A stretch of DNA of 64,000 nucleotides from Callorhinchus milii (taxonomy: Eukaryota). The notes under the pieces are model-generated. The model saw only the letters and a list, made by a program, of their open reading frames with translations. It did no database searches and was not told where the DNA came from. The position numbers and the translations under genes are program-made. The stretch lies in assembly GCF_018977255.1 (NCBI RefSeq), contig NW_024704743.1:49044001-49108000 (forward strand), given 5' to 3'. Positions 49,378-63,773 of this stretch are shown here, one piece after another (positions within the stretch are counted from its first letter, which is position 1; each line of letters starts with the position of its first letter).

Positions 49378-52300
49378 CTAGGTAAAAGTACACAACTGTT
49401 ATCAAGTACAGATAAAAGAAAGCAAGCTGCAAATATTTCAACAAATCTAGGATTGTATTTTATCTTAGTTCATATGCTGGCATGGTCTTAATGCCTGCTG
49501 TTTGAAGCCAGCATTTGCCACAAAAACTATTAAGTTTTAACTTGTTTATGCTGGCAAGAAGTGCTTGGATAAATGTCCTCAATACCCCATCTCCTGCTGT
49601 CTGACCACAAAGTAGTATCAACATTGGCTATGCTAAATTTGGCTGTTAACAAGATGTCTCCTGGTAGAAGCCAAATTGAGAACATTTTGTAAAGGAGAAA
49701 AGGTTACACATTATATTGTAAAAGGCATAAAAGATCCATAAATTGCTTATGAATAATGGTAAACGCTTTAGCACTTGTCCAGCTACGACCACATTACCCT
49801 TTATGGCTTTGGTTTGTAAGGTTAAGGAGATGTCTACATCTTCATATCTGCCTTAGATTGCTTAGATTACTGCACAACTTTGCTATTACTTCAATGTTGA
49901 GAAACATTTCTAAAGAAGGTTCTTCAGAAAGTTTGGAACGTATTCTGAATATTGCAAACATGATTGATTTTTATGTAGTTTGAGAACCTTTCAAAACTGA
50001 AAACAAGGTACAGCAGTAAAAATAGGGAATCAAACAGAAAAATACTTGAAAGTTAAATTAGAAAGCATCTCGGAACTAATCGCGTAAGGAGTAATTGTTT
50101 AAATATTTATATGTAACTTTTCCCCCAGCTTTGTAAACAAATTTGAAAAATATACTGGTTCTCAGTGAATAAAACATGGAACAAAATAGTTTTCATTTAT
50201 GGTAAACTGACATGAGAAACATGATACAATTCTCAATGTTTGCATTTCACTTTGTGGAACTATTGCATTGTTTATGTCAGTTGCTACTTTTGTTAAACTC
50301 TTGTGCATTTTCCTAAAGTTGTTCATATAAGGAAAGACTGTTTAATGGCGAATTGTGGCTGTCACTCAAAAGAAGATTTCTATTCACCAAGAGTTGACAC
50401 TTAGACTCTATTAAGCTATGTTGCCATTGACTTCTGTTTATTTTACTACAGACGGAAGGTTTCATTACCTGGTCATGAGTGATGATCACATTTTGATTTA
50501 CCACATTTAACATGTTTCTGTATATATGCAATCAATATACCTGATTTACATCTGTAATAAACAATTTAAAGAACCTTTGGAAACTCTGGGTAATGGACAA
50601 AGATGGAGTGCTTGGTAACGTGTTTTAAAACTGAACACCTTACAAAAGCAAAATGGTAATGAATGGAATGCAATTTAGGTCACCCTGATCAATTGTTCAC
50701 TGGATCCAGCAGTTGTAAAACCAAGTGGGAGATTCATCAAAGGCTTTTAATTTAAAATACAAATAATTACTTGATTATTTAAGAAAATACTCAAATGATG
50801 TAACTAGTAAATAAAAGGTAGTCTAAGCAGCCCGTTTTTAAAATGCTAAACTGTTGATATGGATATCGACGTTAAAATCCCAATCTTGATTAACATTCAC
50901 ATTAATTTTTCTTGAGGGCAAGCTTCACTGGTCAGCTACAGTGGGTTTCAATAAGACGAAATAAACTTTGTTTGGGGACAGGGCAGGTTTTCAAGTAATC
51001 TTCCAGTACAAGACTAGTGTAAAATTGATGCATCTGTACTGCTGAGCTATCCTGCCTGCTGCATCCATGGATATAATATTACTGAACATCTTCACCAGAG
51101 CTTTTTATATTATGGAATTGCCCCATCTGTGTAGATGGGCAGATTTCACAGAACAAGTAGTGAGGGTCAAACAACTGCACACATTCATCTATGCTCATTT
51201 GTTTCAGGATCAGAAATTATGACTTATTTTCTAACAGTAGGCTCTCAGCCTGATTGAAAGGTGGATCAATACAAAAAGTATCCCAATGGTATCCACAACA
51301 GGTGGGTTGAGAGCCCAGTCCACCTCTCATCAAAAAAAGTGATGTCAAATACAAGTGTCAGCAAGTATTGATATTTGCTGATGTTACTGAGGGAATGCTG
51401 AGAAAACACCCTCTGGGGTAACAACCTCAGATCACAAAGACATTCTCTTTATATTACAGCCACCAATGTTAGAGCTGTTCTTGGTGTCAGCTCTACAACA
51501 TAAAGAGACCAGGCAAATGAAGGGAAAAATAGGGAGTAATCGAGAAAAGAAAGGGAAAAGCATTTTTCGAAAAATAATAAGATGTACAGATAAAAGGTAA
51601 AGCAATACTGTATTTTGTGACTGACTCACTTACAGAAAAATCATATAAAAGTGCCTCTTTGCAAATCATCTCCCTTTGCCATACTCATTAAATTTTGTAA
51701 TGGTTTCAGAAATATTGTTAGACACCGCAGTGCGGCACACTTTTAAGGTATATTCTTAAAATACTTCTACCCTTGCAATGGATGTTTGAAGAAAGTATTT
51801 AGCGCTTAGACATATATATTCTATGCAAACGACAATGCCAATACTTAAGTAGCTGCACTTAATATATATAACGTGCTGTGAGAATGTTTATGGGAAATAT
51901 CCGTACATAAAATAATCGCAATAACTTATCAGTATTTGTGATTATAATAATTCATTACCCACAATACTTAACATTTTACTGCAAGGGATAAAAATAGACA
52001 TTATAGCACAGGCATGCACAAGAAAGGTAATATGCAATAATTCTTTGTGTAATAGGGGAGAGCAGGCCTTAAATTCATCCATTTGCTTCTTTCACTGTGA
52101 GGAGGTTTTATTACTTTAATAAATTATCTGAACTGACCACTCTTTGGTATTAGGTATTATTCATGTGGCAGCAGAGAGTCGTGAAAAAACGCATTACATT
52201 TAATCATAAGCTAGCAGATTTATAATCAACAACCTGTTTACTAATTCATAAACCCAGTCACGCATGTTGATGTATAAAACATCTTGTGAATGAAATTCCC

Positions 52301-52602
52301 CTGTTGATCTATTATTTAACAAGAATTCAGCACAATCGAGTTTTAAAAAAAAACACATCAATTCAATCTTGATTTGGAAGCTGGGCTTGTTTTACAATCT
52401 GCAGGGAAGCCAGCTAAGTGCAGCGAGGCTGTGATAGAAACCCAGATACAGGTGCGCATGCATGTATTGATTTCATATTTCCATTGACAAAGGCTTAATT
52501 TAGGGGAATGCAATTTCCAGGATTTAATTGGGGGGGATAGATTCTAGCTACCCAATGATATCAGAAACTGTGCTAGCTGGGCATCTAAAGGAAGTAATTT
52601 AC

Positions 52603-52653
52603 CTTCAGTCGATCAACCTCTACTTTTGAGCATGTCGCATGGTAGGACAGCAT
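52603..52653 (-). CDS. PDE11A: PDE11A coding exon, 51 nt, MLSYHATCSKVEVDRLK
   Basis: gtttag|ATG...AAG|gtaaat. Matches PDE11A VLSYHATCSKAEVDKFK. Confidence 0.95.
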
Positions 52654-52924
52654 CTAAACCAAAGAACAAAAATAACTATTACCATTAAATATTACAGAAT
52701 TAAAGGGCCACCACTTTCAAGAAAACATATTAAGAAAATCTTTTTAAATATGTGTTTAAAAGCAATGTGTTTAAAACCTCACAGATTGCATGAATTAGGT
52801 CTAAACACATCAGGGTGAAAATGACACACAGTTATTCTGGCTCGACTCCATCCCCAAATTAATCAAATTGTCTTTCCAAACCATTTTTCAGAAAGATAGT
52901 ATCCCTTAAAATCAGTTGCTGCAT

Positions 52925-53300
52925 CTGTTTGGCTTAGCGTCTGAAGGTGGTGGGTTCAAGTCCCTTGTTGGGACGTGATTTTATAGTCTAAGGTAAAATA
53001 ATTAGGGCAGAGCTACATTGTTGAAGGTTGAGACTTTAAACCAAGGTCGTATTTGCCTGTTTTCAGGTGAACGTTAAAGACCCCGTGGCACTATTCAAGA
53101 AGAGAAGGGAGTTTCTCAGAACAATCCTGCAGATTAATTGATCAATTACCTCTTGGCTGTTTGTAAGACTTTGCTGTACAAATGCCTGCCACATTCGCCT
53201 GCAAAAACCTGTCTCTACACTTGACAGTAATTACTTGTGAAGTGCTTTGAGACATTTCAGTCATGAAAGCACGCTATAAGAATGCAATTTCTTTCTTTCT
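52925..53300 (+). mobile_element. Old Deu-domain SINE
   Basis: gggttcaagtccc...aaagaccccgtggcactattc...gtgaagtgctttgagac...gctataagaatgcaa(TTTC)n. Confidence 0.7.
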
Positions 53301-54104
53301 AACACAAATGCTTGCTCCGTTCCCACTTTATGTATTTTCTGGCAGAGCAAAATCTAATCTTTACACTCATTGCAAACTCAATGAGTCACAATAACCAAAA
53401 AAAATTTTTAAATAGCTTTCCCCATCAGCATCCCAAACTGTGCTTGAACATGCTGGAGGACCCGTCATAAATGCCTATTTATATTCTGCAGTTTTGATTT
53501 AACTAATTCATTCAGAGAGCAGTGAATACACTAGATCCCTGTATAAAAAGGGAGTTGGGAGCTCCATAAAATCCCAGCCAGCATTAAAACAGGGCATGAA
53601 AATGTATCAGAGCTTCTACATTCACTCTGGTGCATCCTGCACTAAAAAAGGCCGATTGCAGGACATCAGGTTACCCTGAAGCCACTTGTCACATGTTGCT
53701 GTATGGGAACTGACATCAACCTAATGACCTGGAAGTCAACCATTTTTAGAGCACAAGAAGCCAGCTGGGGCTTGGAAACCAGTCAGCTGGCTTTCTACCC
53801 AAGTTTGGGATTTTTAAAGTCAATAATGGGGTCCACACCCTACCACCATGACAGAGAAGCATGTTATAATGGGGTTCCACTCCAGAACAGACCACACAGA
53901 GAGGCAGTAGAAACAGATTACAAACAAATTCAACAGAAAACAAAATTAATTGAGGGCTGTAAGAGTTTGAGCAGTGAAGAAGTGATTTTTTGGGGACCGT
54001 CCAGATGGTCCATAATATTTTTTCCACAAAGTTGTACATCCTTACAGTCTTATATTCTGTAAATTCAAAATATCATTTTGAAAATGTTATCTTGACAAAC
54101 TCAA

Positions 54105-56025
54105 AACTCATATTTCCTTGAGGAATACGAGTACCACAGGGAAAGCAGTTCATCCGTGGCTAACTAGAGCAGTTAAGAGAAAATATAAAACTAAAGAAAA
54201 GGCCTATAAAACTGCCAAAAAGAGTAGCAAACCTGAGGACTGGGAGTGTTTTAGGGATCAACAAAGGAAAACCAAAAAGCTCATTAAGAGCGAGAAAATG
54301 GATTATGAGGGCATTAAGGAATGCTAGGAACATTAAGACAGATTGTAAGAGTTTTTATAAATACATTAAGAGGAATAGGCTAGCAAAAGTAAATGTGGGT
54401 CCATTACAGGCAGAGATAGGAGGAATTATAATGGGGGATAAGGCTATGGCAGAGTCCCTAAATAAATACTTTGCTTCTGTCTTCATGTTAGAAAACACAA
54501 GAAGTTTACCAGAAATAGAGATGAACTAAGGGGCTAATGATAGGAAGCAACTTAGGGAAATTTACATTAGCAAAGAATTGGTGCTAGGGAAATTGTTGGC
54601 ATTAAAAAGTGACAAATCCCCTGGACCTGATGGTTTCCATCCTAGGGTTTTAAAAGAGGTAGCTCATGAGATAGTGGGGGCCTTGTGTCTGATCTTCCAA
54701 AATTCTTTGGATTCTGAACAGTTCCCATTGATTGGAAGATCGCAAACGTCGCACCACTATTTAAGAAGGGTGGGAGAGAAAAGATGGGGAACTATAGACC
54801 AGTTAGTCTGACATCGGTGGTAGGGAAAATTCTAGAATTCTTAATTAAGGATGTCGTAGTGGGATACTTAGAGGATCACAATATGATTAGACAGAGTCAA
54901 CGTGGCTTTACAAAAGGGAAGTCATGCTTAATAAATCTTTTAGATTTTTTTGAGGACATATCAAGTAGATTAGATAGGGGGGAATCAGTGGATGTAGTGT
55001 ATTTAGATTTTCAAAAGACACTTGACAAGGTGCCACATAAAAGGTTGATCCACAAGATTAGGGCCCATGGAATTAAGGGGAATATATTAGCATGGGTTGA
55101 AGAATGGCTAACGGGAAGAAAACAAGGAGTAGGGATAAATGGGTCCTTCTCAGATTGGTGGGATGTGACTAGTGGAGTGCCACAAGGATCAGTGCTTGGG
55201 CCTCACCTATTTACAATCTACATCAACGATCTAGATGAGGACATTGAACTTAATATATCCAAATTCGCGGATGACACTAAACCAGGAGGGAGAGTAAACA
55301 CCGAGGATGACATTTAAAAAAATGCAACGAGATATAGATAGGCTACGTGAGTGGGCAAATAGGTGACAGATGAAGTATAATGTAGGGAAATGTAAAGTCA
55401 TCCACCTAGGTAGCAAAAACAGTAGAGCAGATTATTTTTTAGAAGAAGAGAGACTTGATAGTGTAAGCGTTCAGAGGGACTTGGGTGTCCTTGTACACCA
55501 GTCACAAAAAGTTAGTTTGCAGGTACAGCAACCAATTAGGAAGGCTAACGGTATGTTGGCATTTGTTACAAAAGGGTTAGAATATAAGAGTAGGGAAGTC
55601 TTGCTGCAACTGTATAGGACCCTGGTGAGACCACACCTAAAGTATTGTGTGCAGTTTTGGTCTCCTTATTTAAGAAAGGATGTACTCACCTTGGAGGGGG
55701 TACAACGTAGATTCACTACGTTGGTACCTGGGATGAGGGGGATGAGTTATGAGGATAGGTTGAGCAATTTAGGCCCATATTCTCTAGAATATAGGAGAAT
55801 GAGAGATGATCTTATAGAAACCTATAAGATTATTAAGGGGCATGACAGAATAGACTTTTTCCCCTGGTTGGAGAAATTATAACCAGGGGTCACGGTCTTA
55901 AAATTAGGGGTAAGCCCTTTCGCACTGAGTTGAGGAAAAACTTCTTCACTCAGAGGGTAGTGAATTTATGGAATTCTCTACCCCAAAGGGCTGAGATTGA
56001 TGGATTTCTTGTGGATAAAGGGATT
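54105..56025 (+). mobile_element. CR1 LINE ORF2 (reverse transcriptase) fragment, disabled
   Basis: [77 protein letters not shown], spread over ORFs broken by stops and frameshifts. Confidence 0.95.
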
Positions 56026-59000
56026 ATCCCAAGGTGCTGGACAATCAGGGGTCAGGACCCGAGCATGGGGGAGGGGTGGGGTAGGGGTGAGGGAAGGCAG
56101 AGTACTGGTTTTCATTTAAATTTTCTTAAAGATAAAATAATCATATTGGGGGCTACTTTGTGAGAGTTTCAAAAGGAATTACACAATGCAACTCCTGCAG
56201 ATACCCAGATGTGTCTCAGTTCATCCCCCCAGAACTTCACTCGGATGCTGATTCAGTTTCTGAATTCCATGAAGGAGCAATGTAACCAAAGGAGGTTCGC
56301 AATAACGGACAGGAAATTAGTATCTAAATATTCCAGCGAGTGGGCCTGAGATACATCGGGATAACTGCAGGATTTGTTCATAGTAAATCTCAGCTTCACT
56401 CAGTTTATTGACTTTGTGTACTTCAAAATGTACTGTGAGATATACAAGAAAAACAGACATATACAAGTTTCATGTATCATTAATGGCCTCAACACATTCA
56501 GTGCATTCACTGATGCATTAAAGTGTACCAAAGGACAATTGAAGGAGACAGCGTAACTTTAAATATGATCCCAACAATATGCAGCATAAACAGCATTTTT
56601 GAAGTTAGATAACTGAAGAGCAGTTTGTTTATCTAGACCAGATTTGCTTCAATGTATTGAGAAGCCTATGTGAAGAGTTGAGTATTGCAGCAATTAGACT
56701 GAAAAGAGGAGCAAAAAAATGAGATAATAATATGATAATAATCCTTGCATTTGATATAGCGCTTTTCACGTCTTCTAGAAGTCTCAAAGCGCTTCACAGA
56801 ATATACTGTACTGTATATTTGTGGGCGATAACCCAAGAAGAGGTGGTTTGGTGACAGCAAGTTTAGGTTTTAAAAATCTGGAAGATTATGGGAGGAACAG
56901 AAGACTGAAGAAGGTAAAGTAAGATAATATAATAATAATAATCCTTATATTTGATAAAGCATTTTATCACATCATCGAGATGTCACAAAGCACTTCACAA
57001 GGTTTTACAGTGAAGTGTAGTGACTATTTGTAGGCAAATGCAATAGCCAATTTGTACACAGCAATGTCCCCCAACCAGCAATGAAGTGAACGACGAATTA
57101 TATCTGGGGAATTGTTGGCCAGGACACAGGGAGAAGCTCCCTTCTCTTTTCATAAATAGGTCATAGAGAGGTTACAGTACAAGCTGAAAGAACATGCACG
57201 CAGTCATGTTATGATCGGATTGTGAAGTTCCTTTTTAATAAAATTGTACCTGAATCCAAACTGGGGAAAATAAACCTTAAACATAAGTCAACATATCACT
57301 TGTAAAACAGAATAGTAACAAATAATCTATCTGTACAATGGTCTGGAATCAAAATAAATCAATTCAGACTGATTATCCTGAAAAACTGCCACTTCACTAT
57401 TCTGCATGTGTAGTCCTCCCGACGTGAAAGGCGCTCTATAAATGGAATCGTTGTTGTTGTTTCCTAGAATTGTAGAAATGTACAGTACAAAATGAAGCTA
57501 TTCAGCCTATCAAGTCTGCTCCAGCTCTCAGAGAAAGGTGTACATTCAATCCCACTGCACTGCCTTATTCCCATGCCCTTCAAACCTCTATCCTTTATAT
57601 ACCAATCGACTTCCCTCTTGAAACCCACAATGGATTCTGCCTTGGCCACCTAACTTGTTAGGGCATTCCACAGCAACAAACTGAGTGAAAATATTTTGCC
57701 TAAGTTTTTAAATATTTTGAAACTGGGATATTTATAAGTTGCACAAACTGCTGAATATGGGGTGAGGGGCTTCAGTATTCATCCAGATCCTATCTGTCCA
57801 TTGTACGAAGAACAGCTAACTGGGAATATTACATACTTTCACAGTAATCTGCTATTGTTTACTGATTGAGCATCCTAGAAACTGGCTCTAAAATTGAATT
57901 ACTCTTTACCTGCTTATAAGGAGACATCTCAGAATTTTAACATAGACTTAATATCCCTTAATACAACACCATCAAAAGAGCATTCAAAATATTCTTGCAG
58001 CAATGAGAAAAGGTTATTACTGGAATTTATGCAACAGTCAACTTTAAAATATACGTAATATTACAGTGATATAATGCAAACGTTTCATATCTTAATTTTT
58101 CTTACAAGTTAAACAATTTACAAATCATCTGTGCAGCTGAAATTTGACCGTTTGTACATAATTTTCACTTGCTTCGTCAACATTACCCTGGATCGCTTAG
58201 ACCAGACCTATTGGACATTTCAGTAAATATAGGACATGGAAGATAGAGCACAACTTACAAACCAAAAGGCAACAATGATTATATTTCTAGGGCAAGCAAT
58301 ACCTTCACTTCATATAATATTGCTACTATTGAAAAATCAACAGCTGGTTACTTTTACCTAGCAGTGAAAAGAGGGCAGTTTCAATTTACAAATGACTCAT
58401 ATACATTTGCCCTTTCCTTGTAAGTAGTAAAGTAAAATGATATTCCTTCACATTCAGTCAGTTGTGGTTGGAGAAAGATCCATGACTATGTGCACATTCA
58501 AATGTATTTATATTGAGTGTGGAAGCAATACAACTTATACTGGTGGGTAACATTTCAGTAAGAATCCTAATATTTCCTTTGATGGCACTAGGGATTGTCA
58601 CTCTCTCAGACTTGTTCAGCTGCCAAAACAAACTATACTCCTGCGAGCCCCAATGACTTTAGTTTCTTCAGTGGGAGTTATTTTCCATTCAAACAATATT
58701 CCTTATTGTTTGCTAATCTGGACATGTGTACTTTTGAAGGGCTAAGTTTTTTTAATAACTGTTGCAACCCACAACTTAGTTCCAATGAAATGTTGAAAAA
58801 TACATAGAGCAGAAGAATCAACAGCTGGTTACTTTTACTAGTAGTGAAAAGAGGGTGGTTTCAATTTACAAATGAATCATTCGTAAGTACGACGACACAA
58901 TATGATGATTGTAACAAAATGTTGGCCTCAACTGGAACTCGAAAGAGAACGTGTATTTTCTCTGTCAACGCAAACAGTAATTTCAGTGTCCACAGAACTA

Positions 59001-59694
59001 TTATTTCACAAGTGTGTTATTCACATGCTAAATAACTCAGTGATTACATGCAGTACATGTGGTTTCAGAAGTTTATGTGCAGTTGCAACCTAACCTTTGG
59101 TCAGAGTTGTTGGGTCCACAGAATAAAGAAAACATCTCACTTGTGATTCCCGTATTGGAGAATTATGAGCGTTTAAACATTGGGTGACATTGTTCAGCTT
59201 CTGAGTGAATGCTCATCCTTATATAGGCAAAACAAGCAGGATTGTATTTTAACAATTTAAATTTCTTCCTTCATCTGCATATCACAAAAAAGTGCACACT
59301 CAGTAACAAATGTTCATTTTTGCAATCCCCCAAACTTGCATCAAAACAACACTCTGAGATGTTATCCTATGGGAAGCACACTATATATAAAGGTACAACT
59401 TGAATAGAAAAGGAAATTTATTCCAGTATCCTAGCTAATAACCCCCCAAATAAAATTGGTCATTCGTTTCAAGGCTGTTTGTGAGACATTGCTATGTACA
59501 AATGGGCTGCCACATTTAGCTACAAATACAGTGACTCCTATTCATAGTAAGTTCTGTGAAGCATCCTCTCGACATGCAAGGAGCTATACTAAACCAAGGA
59601 TTATTATTATTAATCCCCTTGGATATTTCCAAAGTCTTTGACAGTTTTAGTTCTGTGTACTTCTGAACAACGTATCATCTTACAATTCAAAATC

Positions 59695-59908
59695 ATACAA
59701 AATTACATTTGTATAGCACCTTTCAAGTCGGGAGGACGTCCCAAGGTGCTGGACAGTAAAGGATTTGGACCAGAACAGGGGGGGTTGCGATCGGGGAAGG
59801 GGAAGGGCAGGAAGGATAGAAGGGTGGCCGAAGGCGCTATCAAAGAGGAGGGTCTTGAGACGTGCCTTGAAGAAGGCAAGGGAGGGAGCAAGGCAAAGGG
59901 AGTGTGGT
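59695..59908 (-). mobile_element. L2 3' end
   Basis: LKTLLFDSAFGH and the acgtcctcccgac stem-loop. Confidence 0.8.
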
Positions 59909-60761
59909 AAATGTTATTGCATCAGATCTATGCTATTGGCCCTCTCATGTCCACTTCAAAATATCCAGTTGATGTTTCAACGTTTAACATTTTTGCATAA
60001 ACACAGTGGTTCCCTTTTCTCTTTTCTCTTCCACTCCATTTTTGCTACGCAGCAATTATCTCCGTCACTGTTATCCAAGCTTACCTGCTCTTTTACTCAT
60101 AATTCTACACTTTGTTCAACTTACTTCTGATCATTCGACACACTCTTCATGTTTCTTGCAGTCTAACAGCTGAATCACTAACACTTAATGTCCTCTATGC
60201 TCTTAGTTAAGCTGATAATATTATATTTCTTTCAATTCCTCAAAATCAGTCTCTTCATTTCTCTTGCAATCTCAAACAACAACAACCACCTTTGATGAGC
60301 TTTCCTTCTCTCATGTCAGCCCTCTATTGTCTCCCTTTCCTTTCTTGTCTGTCTTATTGATAGTCTGGTAATTGTTTCTCTGAACTTTACTCTGTGGCCT
60401 TCAAATACTGTATATTGTCCCATCTCTCTCCCTTCCCAGAACTCTCATTAATTATACAGTGTATTGAAATTCCCATTGTCTCCTATTCTAAAGCAATCTT
60501 TCTCAGGACCTCACCACTCTTCAACTCCCTTACCTCCTTCTTCTATCTTTTGTTCCTCCTACAAACTAATTTTTAAATCTCAGACTTACCATCACTAAAT
60601 CACTTGTTGAATAATTTGGTGCTTTGCTTTTCACCGTTGCTCTTAATTAAAAATAACATATTCATATACTCTATTTAGCCACTCTTCTCAGGTCTTTGTT
60701 CCATTTTATCTACAGAAAAATACATTTGTAAAATATAAAAATAAGATAAAAACATACTGAC

Positions 60762-60854
60762 ATCAAGAGCCACCAACTGCTTCGCCCAGGACTTTTTCAC
60801 TTGATTGTACATCATCGTATTGTTGATACCAAGACCACAAAAAATGACGAATGC
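60762..60854 (-). CDS. PDE11A: PDE11A coding exon, 93 nt, [31 protein letters not shown]
   Basis: ctctag|GCA...GAT|gtcagt. Near-identical to PDE11[32 protein letters not shown]. Confidence 0.96.
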
Positions 60855-61169
60855 CTAGAGAAACCACAATACATCAGTACTACGCAAGGAATCATAAACC
60901 AATTAATCTATTTAATTAAACCAGGAATCCTCAACATAAAGCTTATTAAAGGCAGAACACTGTAAGCAACTAGGATTACCTTTAAAACTTTAACTTTTTA
61001 CGCAATTTCTGTAGCCTTTTTTTACGGGGGGGAAAACATTTGAAAAGGGAAATGGCAGAGTGAATGATGCCTCAAAACATAAACACATCTCCTCAGGGAA
61101 CCCTATGGTCGGTGAGACAGTGACTTGGTTGGTGGGTCAGAGACGAGAGGGAATCAATTGAACATAGTT

Positions 61170-61415
61170 AGCAGATAGAGATTTTTTTAATGCACAGAGT
61201 AGTTAGGATATAGAATGTCCTGGCTGGAGTGGTGTTTGAGGCAGAATTCATATTAGCTTTCAAAAAGGAACTCAATAGATATTTAGAAAGTAGTAAATTA
61301 CAGGGTTGTGGGGAAAGAGCAGACAAACGGGACTGAAAGAATTGCTCTTAAAAGAGCCAGCACAGACTTGATGGGCCGAGCGGCTTACTATGTTTAAATT
61401 TCTAGGGTTCTATGC
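61170..61415 (+). mobile_element. CR1 3' end relic
   Basis: tttttaatgcacagagtagttagg...ggggaaagagcag...gagccagcacagacttgatgggccga. Confidence 0.65.
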
Positions 61416-61598
61416 TGACCCAAGTGAACTCTGCTTTAAGACGTGTTGTATGACTTGCACGTAGTTCCTTGCAGAGATGTACTTTACTTGCTGAGGTGCT
61501 TTTCCAGAGTAAGGCATCATTTACACTTTCTTTTCCTGTGCACAGAAAACACAACTTCTTGCCAAAAGTGACAACAAAACAGAATTTAACACTCTTAC

Positions 61599-61666
61599 CT
61601 CAAACAACCTTTGATCAGCATCATCAAATGTCTTTCTATCCAGCCTGTTGAGGATCTGAGCAACAC
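61599..61666 (-). CDS. PDE11A: PDE11A coding exon (GAF-B), 68 nt, (G)VAQILNRLDRKTFDDADQRLFE
   Basis: Minus strand ctgcag|GTGTTGCT...TTTGAG|gtaaga. The peptide matches my recollection of human PDE11A GVAQVLNRLDGKPFDDADQRLFE (GAF N-K/R-FDxE-type motif). Phase fits the next exon. Confidence 0.95.
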
Positions 61667-62264
61667 CTGCAGCAGAAAGTAGGGATAAGTAAACCAGAGC
61701 TATTGGTTCCTGGGTTTGAATTATTCTTGCTCTTTGATTTCTCTACTTATAGTAAGTGAAGTTACACCATCTCCAATACTAGTGATCTACATATTGACAT
61801 TGATTTTAGTTAAAGATAGGAAATAGTAAAATGACTAATCTCAAAATACTTTGATATGAAACAAAAATACACAAGATATGATATAACCAGTTTTATAGAG
61901 AAGATTATTATATACAGCTTCCTTGACTATCCACCATGCTATCGGCTATTCATCATCATACAAGCTGGCCACAATTATCTAAATACTACGTTTGAGAAAT
62001 GTAAATAATAGAAGAGTCAGGAAATTCAGTATTGCTAAAAGTTCTGTATAAAAAGTACCATTTAAAGTTATTGAATATCCTATAGTTATTATTGTATAAA
62101 CATTTTTTAACTGCACATTTTAAGTGGTCATTGACATAGTAGACAATAACCACTTTTAAGTTCTGATAATACCTAGAATTCACGTAGCTCTTTCCAATCT
62201 CTTTGAATCATGGATAACAGATGTTATGTTTTGAAACATAAAGTACAGTAAAGTACAAATCAAA

Positions 62265-62600
62265 GCTGGAGTATTGTGTTCAGTTTTGGGCGCCACAATT
62301 TAGGAAAGATGTATTGACCTTGGGGGGCATGCTACGTAGATTCACCAGAATGGTACCTGGACTGAAGGGGGCTAAATTATAAGGAGAAGTTGGACACGTT
62401 TGGGTTATATTCCCTTGAGCTAAGAAGGTTCAGTGATGGAGGTGTTTAAAATGATAATGGGATTTGACAAAGAGAGATAGAGAAACACATTCCTCTGGTA
62501 GAAGAATCCGAAAAAGTGGGACTTAATCTCAAAATTAGAGCCAAACAGTTTACGAGTGAAATCAGAAAACATTTTTTCACAAACGGAGTTGTGGAGATTC
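62265..62600 (+). mobile_element. CR1 ORF2 C-terminal relic
   Basis: LEYCVQFWAPQFRKDVLTL...RRFTRMVPGLKG. Confidence 0.8.
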
Positions 62601-63452
62601 CTCACTTTATGCTTCAATTTAATAAAGTTGTCATTCTAGCCTTCTGATGACTTTGATCGACTTGAAATGAGATGCATCTTCAAGTCATTCCACTGTAGTT
62701 TGGCCTTCATTTAATTTCCTCTTCTAATACCCTAATATCTTCTACCTAATACTATTAGTATAATAATTGGGTATTTGAAATAAACTTGTTCAGAAAAAAA
62801 ATGGTAAATATATTACAACATAAAATGGTGTGCTGTCCTATCCCAGATTAAAAGAAGTCTATTTCTCTTCTGTATAATCTCAATTAGGCTTTTATTTGGT
62901 TCATTGCTTACCATGTCTTTATAATTATTGTATGTCTGCAGTCTGATCTGTAATATGCGAAAGTAAGTTTTTTAAAAGAAAATTGGCAACATGCTGTAAT
63001 ATATATGTCAATTAGTCATCCTCCCATCCTGACTTGCATGTACAATTTTGGAAAAATTTAGATTTTGTATAATGAAAAATGTTACTAAATTTGGCAAATT
63101 ACACACAAAAATACTAACCTCACCATAAGGGCAAACTTTCATAACAAGCGAATGTCTGAATATTCAATGTTCTCTTAAAACGTGCTTTTTACGCATATGT
63201 ATTTCTGCAGGTTTCTAATGCAGCATATTGCAATGAGACCCGGGAGAGTCACACAGAATCAAACAATATGACTTAATAATCCCGACTTAATGTGTGTAGC
63301 ACAGCATGCTTGTATTTGAAGTAAACTTGTTGAGAAAGAAAATGGTGAATATATTGCATTAACCAATAGGGAGAAAATACTGATTGTTGTCAATGTAATA
63401 GATTTGAATGTTATCCTTGCTGTTGGCTCACAAACGTAGCACAGGGTCACAA

Positions 63453-63773
63453 GTGGAGTCCTGTAGCTCAGTGGTTAGAGCACTCGCTTTGCAAGTGAGA
63501 CACCCGGGTTCAATTCCAGGCAGGGCGAAACCTTGGGTAAGTTTCCTTACTCCACACGCCCAATAATAATCCCTCCAAAACAAAAATAAATTGGTCATTT
63601 TCAATCCACGACTATTTGTGGGACACTGCTGTGAGCAATGGCTGCTGGGTTTCGCCCAAAAATATACTCTCAATTCACTTTACAGCATATTCTGTGAAGT
63701 GCTTTGAGACATCTAGAAGACGTGAAAAGCATGATATCAAATGCAAGGATTATTATTATTATTATTATTATTA
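63453..63773 (+). mobile_element. Full-length tRNA-derived Deu-domain SINE (short subfamily)
   Basis: gtggagtcctgtagctcagtggttagagcactcgctttgcaag...gggttcaattcc (Pol III A/B boxes, TGC anticodon-like loop), Deu region, L2-like end and (TTA)n tail. Confidence 0.92.

Noticed and set aside
54118..56163. Functional reverse transcriptase gene
   Set aside because: CR1 ORF2 broken by several stops and frameshifts and 5'-truncated.
63453..63530. tRNA-Ala(TGC)-like gene (also at 6009 and 9102)
   Set aside because: No proper acceptor stem or terminator, and it continues directly into a SINE body and tail; it is a SINE head.
5455..63773. Recurrent short repeats with a hairpin, superficially CRISPR-like
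   Set aside because: Dispersed, irregularly spaced SINE/L2 3' tails in a vertebrate intron; no spacer array or cas genes.
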